Shown piece after piece: positions 52,856 through 64,000 of a DNA stretch of 64,000 nucleotides. The DNA comes from Glaucostegus cemiculus (lineage: Eukaryota). The notes beneath the pieces were generated by a model, which did not search any database, had not been told where the DNA came from, and saw only the letters and a program-made list of their open reading frames with translations. How positions within the stretch are numbered: position 1 is the first letter of the stretch; each line of letters starts with the position of its first letter. Location of the stretch: positions 1,984,001 through 2,048,000 of the forward strand of contig CDPCPM010000370.1 in the NCBI GenBank assembly GCA_976551045.1. The letters are read 5' to 3'. A program made the position numbers and the translations under genes.

Positions 52856-53264
52856 CACAGTGAGACAGGTCAGTGCAGAAACTTCCTCCCCTCTCTGATT
52901 ACTATTGAGAATGTAAGGATGCTCAGGCAAACTATCAACGTGGAAGGTAACATTTGATTATATTCTATTCTCTGCTTGTTTCCACAACGCACTTCTTGAA
53001 GCAAGTGAATAGCTGAACGTAGAAAATTATTATATTTGAAAACGTTATCGTCAATCTCACAATTACTTTAAATCCTAATTTGTCCAAACTGTGAATTTAA
53101 TACCATTTACTTTTCCAACCACACTAAGCTAGTCCTTTAACTTTGGAATGATTAAAACGCTCCTGCTGGCATATGCTACACCACTGACCTTGGAATCGCA
53201 CATAATTGCGGGAGATGTCCTGCTACAGTTTTTGTGGCAGATCAAGGCCTTTCCCAACTCTGTG

Positions 53265-53705
53265 TGCTTCTTGTACAGTAATACATGGCGGTATCTTCTG
53301 TCCTCAGGTTACGAATCTCAATGAAGCTTTGAGAGGACGATTTTGACGGGAAGATTCGACCTTTGACACCAGGCGCATAGTAATTGGTATCAGACGGCTT
53401 ACGGAAAGCTATGAGCCACTCCAACCCTTTCCCAGAGGCATGCTTGACCCAGTGAATATGGTGGTCGTCCAGAGAGAACCCGCTAACAGTACAGGACAGT
53501 GTCAGAGATTCTCCCGGCTTCTTCGTCATGGAAGCCGGTTGAGTGAGAACGATTTCGCATTGGACACCTGCAAGAGAATGAATCAACTAATGACATCGGA
53601 GGTATTCAAAAGGATTGAACAGAATCAAATACGGAACAGAAGATCCATGGAATACTCACAGGTGAAGCACGCCAACAATAGACAGAGTCCCGGGACAAGA
53701 CTCAT
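53265..53705 (-). CDS. IgH V gene with an IgW-like sequence. Leader 53660-53705, V exon 53265-53567.
   Basis: MSLVPGLCLLLACFT|CVQCEIVLTQPASMTKKPGESLTLSCTVSGFSLDDHHIHWVKH...GLEWL...EIRNLRTEDTAMYYCTR. RSS is CACAGAG-22-ACAAAAACT (53227-53264). Confidence 0.95.
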
Positions 53706-53794
53706 CGTGGGCTCCCTCGCTTTAATTCACTCCGGAACGGAACTGAGATCTGAGCAGCTCGTGCTGTTCGCCAGTCTGGAGCGGAACCTCGCCG

Positions 53795-53870
53795 CTATTT
53801 AACCTACTGGAGTGCCACGTGAGAACGAGAGGGAGGGAACTGGTGGTCCTTGAGTCAGACGTCCGCCCAG
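53795..53870 (-). promoter_or_regulatory. Putative VH core promoter
   Basis: TTAAATA about 95 bp upstream of the ATG, E-box CACGTG at 53816-53821, AP-1 TGAGTCA at 53851-53857 and a GC box. Confidence 0.45.
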
Positions 53871-55129
53871 TGACCGCCTTTTCAGTCTTTGCATCTCTCC
53901 TCCTCTGCATTCCAGTTCGCGTCCATTCGTGCACAGATAATTTAGCCATGCATTAAGATGAATATGATGTCAGAGCTGTTTTAGTGGATTTCTTAACGAA
54001 CTAAGGTTCGTCGAGCATCAAACATAATCAGTCATTTCTCAATAAACAATCTACACACGTTCCACATCAGGGTTGTTAAAAGTAAATATAGAAATGCAAA
54101 TGGGCCTTCTGAAAACAAGTAAGTGGAAATCACACTTGGATTCTGGTCATTGTTTATTCTTCAGCAATGAACATGAGTGAAATTTCCATTTATTCTCTCG
54201 GAAATAGCCTTTTTGAGTTTCTCTGAGTGAAACAGGAATGATCTGAGATGTTCAATGGAGTCAAATTAACTCAATATTCCCAGTCCCGGAGCTACATCAC
54301 TGGGAGGGAGAGAAGGAAAACTGTAGATATAAATTAATGATGTTGCCTTTCTTAAAAAGAGAAAGCCAGTCTGTGTGTATGCGGCCACTTACGGCCAGAA
54401 TGACAGGAACAATCCTGGCAGCTCCATATTTCGGGCTCAACCGTTTGAAAAAACGGGGAATATTGTCGGCTGTGGAGCATACAGAACACTTCAAATTAAA
54501 AAGAATTCTGCTGTTACATTGTTGTTCGGGAAATCATAATAGGGGAATTGTGAAATAACAAGTAGTCAAAATAAATCTTTCTGATTCGTCTTCCGCCGGA
54601 AAGTACTTCAACAACAAAACAATATATTATTGATGTTATAATATTATTATCGTCATCATCAACAATATTATTGAGTGATATAGGAACAGAATGATTTGTC
54701 ACTGTCGATAATTAAAGAAAATGTCGTTGGCAAGCTAATGCAGCTGAACATGATGTCCTGAAAATCCCCTGAACCTGCCTTAAATTGCAGAGGCATCAAA
54801 TCATAACCACAATTCTGCAGCTTCTGCGAGGGTTTTTGAGGAGTGGGGATCTGCTAATCTATCCCCACAGAAGGAGCGAAAGTGTGAATCAGCACTATGC
54901 CAGTCAGGCTGCCAGCATTTGGGAAATGTTTGAACTGAAAATTTGGAAATAATGGCACGGCACTCAGACATCGCATTCCTATCCAAGACGGTCAACATGA
55001 TAAATAAAAAGGGAATCACATAAACAATGGGTTTGACACATTTGCTAGGGCTTTTTTGAGGGTGGAATGGACAGCAGAGATAAGTAGCCCAATTGTAGAT
55101 TTCCAGGCAACTTCTTCATGTTACCGTAC

Positions 55130-56330
55130 ACATGCCACTGCATAAGATAACAACAGAGGGCGAAGAGGATCATAAATTTGTTTGGATAACGCGTGAGCGG
55201 ACTAAAGGGGAATAGAAAAGCGGGGAAGTAGCTCACTTTGAGTTTGGAAATCAAATGGAGCGTGTCAGGGATCAATTTGTGCTCGGGCCTCAACTCTTTA
55301 CAGTCCACATTAATGTTTTGACGAAATCGATAATAGTTCTGCGGGAAGAATTGCCGATAACACAACATTAGTAGGTAGGCAAATTTTAAGTAAGACACAA
55401 AGAGCTTATAAAGGGCCATTGAGAGGTTAAGGAGTCGACATGAGTATGGGACTTGGGCTGTAATGACGATAAGAATGTTTTCCACTTTGAAGGGAAAAAT
55501 TAAAAAAAAGTTCGGCTGATTGGACCGAATCTCTGAACGGTTGTGGCAGAAAGAGTCCCGTAGTTTTAGGTTTCAGGCATGAAACACAAACTATCAGCTT
55601 TCAGATAGAGCAATTATCCAGGAATAGAATAGAAAAGATAACAAAGTTTGTGAACGTTTCCGAGTTGCTGCAGATACCTCTGCTGCAACGCAAAGGTGAT
55701 TATCATTTTTAAAAAAGTGGCATATTTGCATTGGAGACACTGCAAAGCAGCTTCACCAAGGGAAATCCTTGGATGGATTTCTCCACGGCAGCCTGAAATG
55801 TTATGTTTTTATCATGTCGCCATGAGGGATCTATCAATAGACTGATGAGTGGAGCAATCCTCACATGAGATTTACTCCGCTACAGTTCACACCTGCTCAG
55901 CACATTCTCTGGCAGAAGTCCAGAGCTGTCAACTATGGGCATGAACACACAATCTAAATGAAATGAGACACCGCAAAGCAGCTTCACCAAGAGAAATCCT
56001 TGAATGGATTGGTGGACGAGTGAATTCAGATTCAGTAGTTTGCGCAGACTGGAATTTCAAGGAATTGGGGATGCTCCAGTTGAAATATTTGGTATTCTGA
56101 TTGGGATGAAACAGTAGATGCAGAGACAACTTTTCATTTGGAGGGGCCTGAAGATTTAAAGAGCTCATTTAAGACAGAGATGAGGAATAATTTCTATCAC
56201 TCGAGGCCTGTAAACTCATTAAATTCTGCGCACCAATGAAAATGGAGATGAAGTCCTTAAGTATATCTAAGGAAATACTGAACGTTGATTAATATAAAAA
56301 GGAATTGAGGACTTTGTGGTAGTAGGGTAA
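55130..56330 (+). mobile_element. Heavily decayed CR1 LINE relic
   Basis: Residual RT-coding words (gggatcaatttgtgctcgggcctcaactctttac; ttgccgataacacaacatta; ttaagacagagatgaggaataatttc). Confidence 0.55.
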
Positions 56331-57249
56331 ATGATATTGTGGATTCTAATGAACCAGTCAACAATCAATGCATGTGTGTGACCCATCAATCTTACATCGC
56401 CTTCCGCGGCTGTTTAATAAGATATAATTAAACCATGATATTTATTTAATTGATAAGTCTCTCATACTTTCCTTCTTCTTCGTTGGTCTCGTACTATTCT
56501 GTACAGGACAGCCTCAAATGTTATGTTTTTATCATGTCGCCATGAGGAATCTATCAATAGACTGATGTTTGGAGCAATTGTCACATTAGATTTACTTGCG
56601 ACAGTCCGCTCCTGCTCAGCATATTCTCTGTCAGAAGTCCAGAGCTGTCAACTATTGGCATTAACACACAATGTAAATGAAAGGAAACACCTGTGGTGCT
56701 GTGCAGAGAAACTGTTGCGCTATTTACAGCTTGCTGCTCGTTGCAAGGAGAAATCGAGTGCGAATGCGACAAAAATTCTGCCTAGCAACAGGTATCTTAC
56801 GCCAGCAAAACCGGACCTAACTCTGCGATGGCTTCGCTTAACTTCTTCATGGAGCAATTGCTGACATAATGGGCACAATGTGGCTGGATAATCTGCCATG
56901 TCTAAAACGGGTGTTTCAAAATGTGAGCTTCTGGTTTGATTAGGAACATTTAATTATCCGATGGCATGGCATCAAGCAATGGATACTTGCACTTGCTCCT
57001 GAAGCATGCTCGAGTCATATGCAACTGGTTGTGAAGACCGGGCAAAGAATCTCACTCACAGATAAATATTTAGGTTTCATAATCATAATCAGAATTAGTT
57101 TTTAATGTCACTTCCATATACATATTCAACGTACATGGGAGCAAGGTGCTAGTCATATTAAAACAAAACAATGAGAGACACAAAGACAGAAAGACATTAA
57201 CAACATTTGAACCATAAAAATTAAACAGCGACTCGAATAAACCTTCTTA

Positions 57250-57500
57250 GAATGACCTTACTGAGGCGGCAGACATCGGACATTCAAAGTTCTGGTGAAT
57301 CTTTGAATGCCTAGCGTCCTTTAGTGTTGGGACGGATGGAGGGATGAGGGAGTTCATAGTTCTGATAGCTTGTGGGAAAAAAAAGCTATTGCACAGACTG
57401 GTAGTTCTTGCCCGGATGCACTGGAGCCTTCTTCCGGATGGCAAGAGTGTAAAGAGGTGGGAGGAGGGGTGAGAAGGGTCGGACATTATGTTTGTTTCCC
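57250..57500 (-). mobile_element. Rex1/Babar-like non-LTR retrotransposon 3' fragment
   Basis: IMSDPSHPSSHLFTLLPSGRRLQCIRARTTSLCNSFF..PQAIR, the typical C-terminus of this clade. Confidence 0.65.
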
Positions 57501-58859
57501 GTCCATCCCCTCGCCTGCGCATAAGCCGTGTGTCAGTGGAGCCCACATTCAGAGTGAATGGCACTGTGTGAGTACAAGCGATTGTGCATGACGATATTAA
57601 AAGTGGTTTCTATGCACTCAGGTGTCCTAAGTGGATATCCTGAGCTAGAATGCACAGGGATCTTAAATCTGTGTCCAAGCAGAAGACCATTTTGCAGAGC
57701 AGAACAGGCCCGTCTACGCGAGCTGGCGAAATTACACATAACAACAAAGCAAAATCGGGGCAGGACCTGAAGTAGGCTACCAGTCCCCTCAAGCTTAGTT
57801 CAACATGAATATCTTCATACTGATCCATACTGGCCTCAGCTCCTCGTCTATGCCAATACCCCAAGGACTTCAATTGCCTTATTTTCAAATATTTATCTGT
57901 TTTCACTGTGAATGCTTCCATTCATCTAGCCACATCCACTATTGCTGGGGCAGAAAATTCTGGAGATTCACTACCCTCTGGAAGAATACACTGCTGCACA
58001 CCTTAGTATCAAGTGAGAAGCCTTTTATTTCGTAGCAAAATTCTTTTGTTCGATTCTCCTTCACTCGTGAACTCCCCAAGTCGAGTCACACCCACAACAC
58101 AACCTCTTCGTTGGCACACCCGCATGGAATTTATATGCTTGAATACGGTCATCTGTCGTTGTTGTAAACTCCATGGATTGTTAGAGGACAATGTTCACGG
58201 AAATCTAATTGTGTTTCACACTCACACGGTTGTGCAATCATTTTTAAAGTAGCGCTTTCAGGAAATGAGAAAGTATTCAGATTTAGAGTAGTTTATTGTC
58301 ACGTACCTCAGGGTGAAATGTAATTCCATGTTAGTTTTCCGTTAAGAGAGAAGATATGCCATATGCCAATAATAAATAAATCACTAAATACAGGACACGT
58401 GCAAAACAATAGACTGGCGCTAATAGAGCGGTACAATCTGAAGTAATGCAGAAAGAAATGTGAAAATGTCAATCACGACTGAACCGAGAGAGGTAGAATT
58501 AAGAGTACGAGAATGTGGCAGAAGTACTTTGAAGGGTATGTGGCAGAGCTACTTGGTTCTGAATTCTGTGGTAATAAGGAAGAATCTTCTTGTATGTCTG
58601 GTTGACTGTGTTTTCAGGCTGTTTGTCTTCTAATCTTGTCCCAGAAAGTTGAAGAGAGGAGAAGGAATGGCCATGGCGGTAGGCAACTTTGATGAAGCAA
58701 CGTGTCGTAAGGATGTGACTGGTTGCGATAGACCGGACTCCGTTTACCACTCTCTGTAGGTACCGTCGGTGCAAAGCAGAGCAGTTGCCACACCAGGCTG
58801 AGAGCCAATCGGTCAGGATCCGCCAGCATCACAGATCAAAATGGATCTGTCAGACTATT

Positions 58860-60360
58860 AATGGGATAGACTGTTTTCCGGCAAAGTGATGCTTTTCAAG
58901 ATGGATGATCTCAAACGTGAAATATTGAGAGCACAGGATCTGCATGTTACCCTTAGAATAAATGGCAACACCAACATGTTCAGGGAACCTTGGTTATCGA
59001 GAAATATTGAGGCCCTGGTAATGAAAAAGAAGCTGGCGCAAATCAGGGAAAGAAAGTTGGGATAAAATGAGGCGCTTGAGGAGTAAACCCTTAACAGAGA
59101 AATCGCGTGGGCAAAATGAGGACATGAGCTTGTTCTAACAAACTGGATGGAAGAGAATGTTAAGGGTTTCTATCTCGATATTCAGAGCAGAAGGGGAGAA
59201 TGCGGTCAGTCCTCCTGAAGGTCAGCGTTATCATAGATGCATGGAGCCGAGAGAGATAAGAGAGACGTTAAATGATGTTGTTTGCATGCCTATTTACTTT
59301 GGAGACAGATACAGAGAAAATAGAGCTGAAGCAAAAGAATGGCGAGGTCATGGTTTGTATCCGAATGACAGAAGAGGGGGTGGTTGTTGTCCTGAAGCGA
59401 ATTAAGCTGGAAAAATGTCCATAACCTGACAGGTTGCCCCCTCCGACCTTGTGGGAGGCGACTGCAGAAATTGCCGGAGCACTAGCAGAGATATGTAGAA
59501 CATCTTCAGCCGCTGGGGAGGGGCCAGTGGGCTTGAGGATAACTAATGTTTGTCCGTTGTTCAAGAAAGGCTCCGACAATAATCTGGGACATTATTGGCC
59601 CGTGAACGTAACGGCAGTAGTGGGTAAATTATTAGAAGGCATTCTAAGAGATCGGATACACACGTATATGGATATTCAGGGCCTGATTAGTGATAGTCAT
59701 TATGGTTTTGTATGTGGAAGGTCATGTCCAAACCCTCTTATGGAGTTTTTCGAGGAGGTTACCAAGAACGTCAAGGAGGGAAAGGCGGTGGACGTTGTAT
59801 ACATTGACTTTATCAAGGCCTTTGACGAAGTCCAACATAGGAGGCTGGTCCAGCAGGTTATGGCGCTTGGCATTCAGGATAAAGTAGCTAATCGGATTCA
59901 ACGGCAGTGGATGGCTGCCTCTCTGACTAGAGGTCTCTGTCCAGTTGTGTGCCACAGGGATCGGTACTGGGCCCGCTGTTGTTCATCATGTATGTCACTG
60001 ATTAGATGATAATGTAGTGCCCTGGATCAGCAGTTTTGCAGATGACACCATGATCGGGAGCGTCCTGTGTCGCGATGAAGTTTATCAAAGCTTGCAGCGT
60101 GATCTTGAGCAGCCAGGTAAATACGGTGAGAAATAGCAGATGGAATTTAATGCAGACAACTGTGAGGTGCTGCACTTTAGAAGGACAACCTAGGAAAAGA
60201 CTTACACAATGAACGGTTGGGTTCCAAGGTGAAATAAAGGGACCTGGGAATGGAGATCCATAGTCCTTTGGAAGTGGATTCGCAGGTAGAAAAGGTCGAA
60301 AAAGAGCTTTTGATACTTTGGCCTTCATAAATCAAGGCGTTGTGTTCGGAAATTGCTCAT
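58860..60360 (+). mobile_element. Decayed CR1 LINE ORF2
   Basis: LWEATAEIAGALAEI...NVCPLFKKG...VVGKLLEGILRDRI...DVVYIDFIKAFDEV; many stops and frameshifts. Confidence 0.85.
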
Positions 60361-60499
60361 AGTTGTAAGAAGCTTTGAATTAGTGCGAGATTTTAATTTC
60401 CTCAGTATTGACTGCGCAACACAGTATGCAAAAGGTCTCATCGGCCTGCATTGTGTGAGGTGTGTCCAGGCAAGTTTTTTGAGTCAATATGCAGTATAA

Positions 60500-61505
60500 A
60501 GAGCCGTACACGGGGAGCGGGAGCGGGGCAGTGTGAAATACTGGACCTCCTCTCCGGGAATGAGTCAGGGAGAACTTCAAAGCTCGTGACTGTGATGGAA
60601 ACGGAAATGACATGTCCACAGGTCAGGGTATTAAACTGGAGCAGGGATAATTTTGGGGGAATAGGGTATGATCTTGCAGAGGTCGATTAGGAGAACCTGT
60701 TTGAAGGTAAGGAACAAATGGGTAAGTGGGGGGGGGGGGGTGTTAAGACTGTCACATCAATAAACCAGAAGCAGCATGTTCCTGTTGGATGTGAAGCGTA
60801 AACCTGTAAAAATTAGGGAACCTTGGCTGACGAGAGATATTTGCTCTGATTACGTTTACGAGGTCGTGAAAGAGTGAATCTATTGTTGACCATAAGATCA
60901 TTAATAGTACTCTTAAGAGGGAAATCAACAGGGCAAAGAGAGGATGTGAGATGGATCTGGCAGGTAAGGTTTAGGAAATCCCAAGAGATTCTAAGTGATA
61001 ATAAAACGCTGGTGAGGGAAAGAGTCGGTGGCCTGATAGATCAGTAGGGCCGCCTGTGTCTCGAGTCGCACGAGATTGGTGGGATATTTAACGAATATTT
61101 CTCCTCGGTGTTTACTTTGGGGAATATCATAGTTGCTTAATAGATAACGGAAATAAGTGGACATGTTTTGATTGACATTTATATTACTATAGACGAGGCG
61201 TTTGTCGCCTTACAACGCAGTAAAGTGGATAAGTCCCCAGCGCCTCACCGGTTGAATCCTCGGACTTCATGCGAACCTCGAGAAGAAATTGCGGAGGCCC
61301 TTGCGGAGATGTGTGCTTCATCGTTGGCCACTCACAAGGCCTTCGAAGACCCAAACAGATGATGCCCACGGTGCCCAGCAGCTTGTGTCAATTTCTAGTG
61401 ATATGGGCTAAACGCAGGCAGAGAGGACGAGCTCAGTTTGCAAATTGTTCGGCACGCACTAGTTGGGCCGAATGGCCTGTTTTCCTGCTGTATATATCTA
61501 TGACT
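60500..61505 (+). mobile_element. Decayed, internally deleted CR1 LINE
   Basis: ILDL-like start, DKSPAP..LNPRT..EEIAEALAE, then a jump to the CR1 3' tail (ttgggccgaatggcctgttttcctgctgt). Confidence 0.75.
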
Positions 61506-62152
61506 ACGGCAGGACGTAACAGAACGAAGTGACGTTGTTAAATGAGCGACACCAGGGCACACCTTCTTTACTTAATTTGTACAGCTTTAATTGACTGAAA
61601 GGAGTGCGGTTTCAGAAAGAATGCCATTCGCCCCTTCTCCAGGATGACAAGGGAAACCGTGGAGGTAAAGCATATTGTGGCCAGAATATCTCCATCGATG
61701 CTGATCAATTCAGTTTTAATGCGACATTTTTCATAATGCCAGGCCGAATAACAACCTCAGAGCCACACGAAACATTAGCAATTGAGCTACAAACAGGCGC
61801 CTTGTCCTTAATTTTGGAAAGTCCTCCTGGAAATTTAAAAAAAATCGCATTGATGTCCACCTCCACCGGTGTTCGAACCCGTGAAAAATATTCGAGCAAT
61901 AACTAGCAATAAGTTGTTGGTGTTTGGAGTGAAGCATTTAAAACAAACTCCCTGATGAGGATGCATTCATGTAAAGTAATTAACAGGACGTGGCTTCAGT
62001 TATAACTCAGTTGAACTCGAAATCGACAAATGTAACTTCACCATTTTAGGAAAGAGGGAGAGAGGAAAGTGCATTTCCGTTCATCAAACAGCTGATATTG
62101 GAAAAATATGCAACCCTTTAATGAGGAGGAAATGCAGGACTCATTGCGGAAC

Positions 62153-62330
62153 AGCATGCTGGTGCAGCTCGCAGAGGCGCTCCCTCACAGCACGATGTTC
62201 CGGCTTCAATCCAGGCACCGAGAACTGTCTATGTGGAGACTGTCCTTTCAGGTGTGACCTCCTGAGTTATCTATGGATACTCCTGTTTCATCCCCCATCT
62301 GAAAGATGCTTAGGTTGGTAAGTTAATTAG
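62153..62330 (+). mobile_element. Decayed tRNA-derived SINE
   Basis: Degenerate homolog of the SINE at 11575-11850. Confidence 0.5.
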
Positions 62331-64000
62331 ATACACCTGTTAATTTGGAATTAGAATCAGTACCAATTGAGGTGCCACACGAATGAGTCCAAAGGCAGCA
62401 GATATTTACAATCAATATTAGCGACTTGGATGAAGTGGCTGTGAATAATACAGCGAGATTTGTTCATGAAACAAAGAATAGCGCGTTTGCAAACTGCACG
62501 GAAACAGACAATCCTAAGGGATGGAAATAGATAGGTTTTGTGTTTGAGGACGAATCTTGTACAGCAACAGAAAGGCAAGAACTCAGTCAGCGAAACGGAA
62601 TGTGGAAAGAGACACCCGTTAATATTTCAGGTCAGGGACACCTTCCCAGGACTTTGGATGGGTATGAGTATATCTCATTTGGAGGAAAATAATGAAATAT
62701 ACATTTTATTCCTTAAAAGGAGTGAGATTTGAAAATATCGCTAAGCAAATGGATCTTGGGGAGGTGGGAGACAGATGTATTCCCAAAGTACAAAACAGCA
62801 ATTTACCACGAAGGTACAACAAGCAATTAGTGACGCTAATGGAATGCTGGCCTTTGATGAAACAGTCAAACAGGGAAGTATTACAGGGCGCTGACGAAGT
62901 CCCAACTGGAAGAGTCCAAAAAATTGTTTTCGCTCTGCAGGGAATTGCAGTCTTGCATGTGTGACAGACAGGAGGTTTGCAAAGTTGATCCCTGAAATGA
63001 GATGATTGACTGATGCATAGTGAATGAACAGAAAGGATAACACGTACTAAAGCTGAAGGAATTGGGGGTGAATGCTTTCAATTGTCTCAGATTAAGGGAG
63101 ACATTAACAAGATGAGAGCTGAGAGGACTTTAGCGGTGGCTGTTTTGAACGAGAGAGAGGAATGACTGGATGATTGTTCAACAGTAAGAGAAGAATTCTT
63201 CCCTTGGAGGATCGTGAACCATTGGAATTTTCTACCATCAACCATCTGGATACAGTCATTGAATATATTCAAAGCACGGAATGACAGACAGTCCAATGAG
63301 AAAGTAATCTAGGGAACGTTTTGAGAGCTGGAATGTTGTGTTATGGACAAAACTGAATCAGCCATGGTCTCACTGAATATCGGCTCAGGCTCGAGCGGTT
63401 ACCTGGTCTCCTCCTGAAATATTTCTTGGATTCCTGAATTTTATTTCGTCTTTTTTTTGTTGTTGTTAGGGAGACAGGAGAAGGAGCTCCTTTAGTCTCT
63501 TTACCCCTTTACACTTGGATAATAAGAAACACTCCGCCCTTTGGATCTGTTACACTGAGACAAGAGGACGCCGTTCATTCCCCCAAACATGGGAACACAC
63601 TTGCAATATATTTCTCATAATTATACGGTGGACCGAGCTTTTTGGAAAATTGTGAAGGATTCCAGCATTGGCAAGCGACAATTGCGTTGCTTTTATGATA
63701 TCTCATGAATTTTCTGTTTGTTTATTTGTATGTTACTTTGCGCAAGAAATTGTAATAATTTCTTTTAATCAGATAAATGCATTATGAATTCCTTTATGTT
63801 TGGATAATATGTCACGTTTAATTTCATACCAAACTCACTCAGTTCAGTCCCCATGGTCTATTCAGTGGCCAGAGTCCAACACTTCACTGGCAATCTTGAG
63901 CAGGTGCTCACAATGTAACTGACAGGAAACATCTGTGGATCCTGTGCTTTGAAGCTGATGAGACGTTGCTGAGAGACAGGAGCCACGACTTGTGAATGAG

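Overview
Vertebrate genomic DNA from a cartilaginous fish (shark/ray), inferred from cluster-type IgH, a NAR-TCR cassette, a GPR139-like GPCR and elasmobranch-type repeats. From left to right the window holds: (1) a decayed GPR139-like GPCR gene; (2) a duplicated array of TCR alpha/delta-type V segments in both orientations with 23-bp RSSs, of which two look intact and several are pseudogenes; (3) a 42-bp hairpin minisatellite; (4) a complete but pseudogenised NAR-TCR cassette on + (leader, IgNAR-like V, D, J, leaderless supporting V-delta); (5) a tRNA-Glu pseudogene; (6) a complete, apparently intact IgM heavy-chain cluster on - (L-VH-D1-D2-JH-CH1-CH2-CH3-CH4-secretory tail-TM1-TM2), with a young CR1 LINE in an intron and a 314-N gap in the J-CH1 intron; (7) a repeat-rich right end. 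The most striking points are that an intact IgM cluster abuts TCR V genes and NAR-TCR, and that its VH looks IgW-type while its D, J and C segments look IgM-type. All family assignments come from recalled motifs, not database searches.
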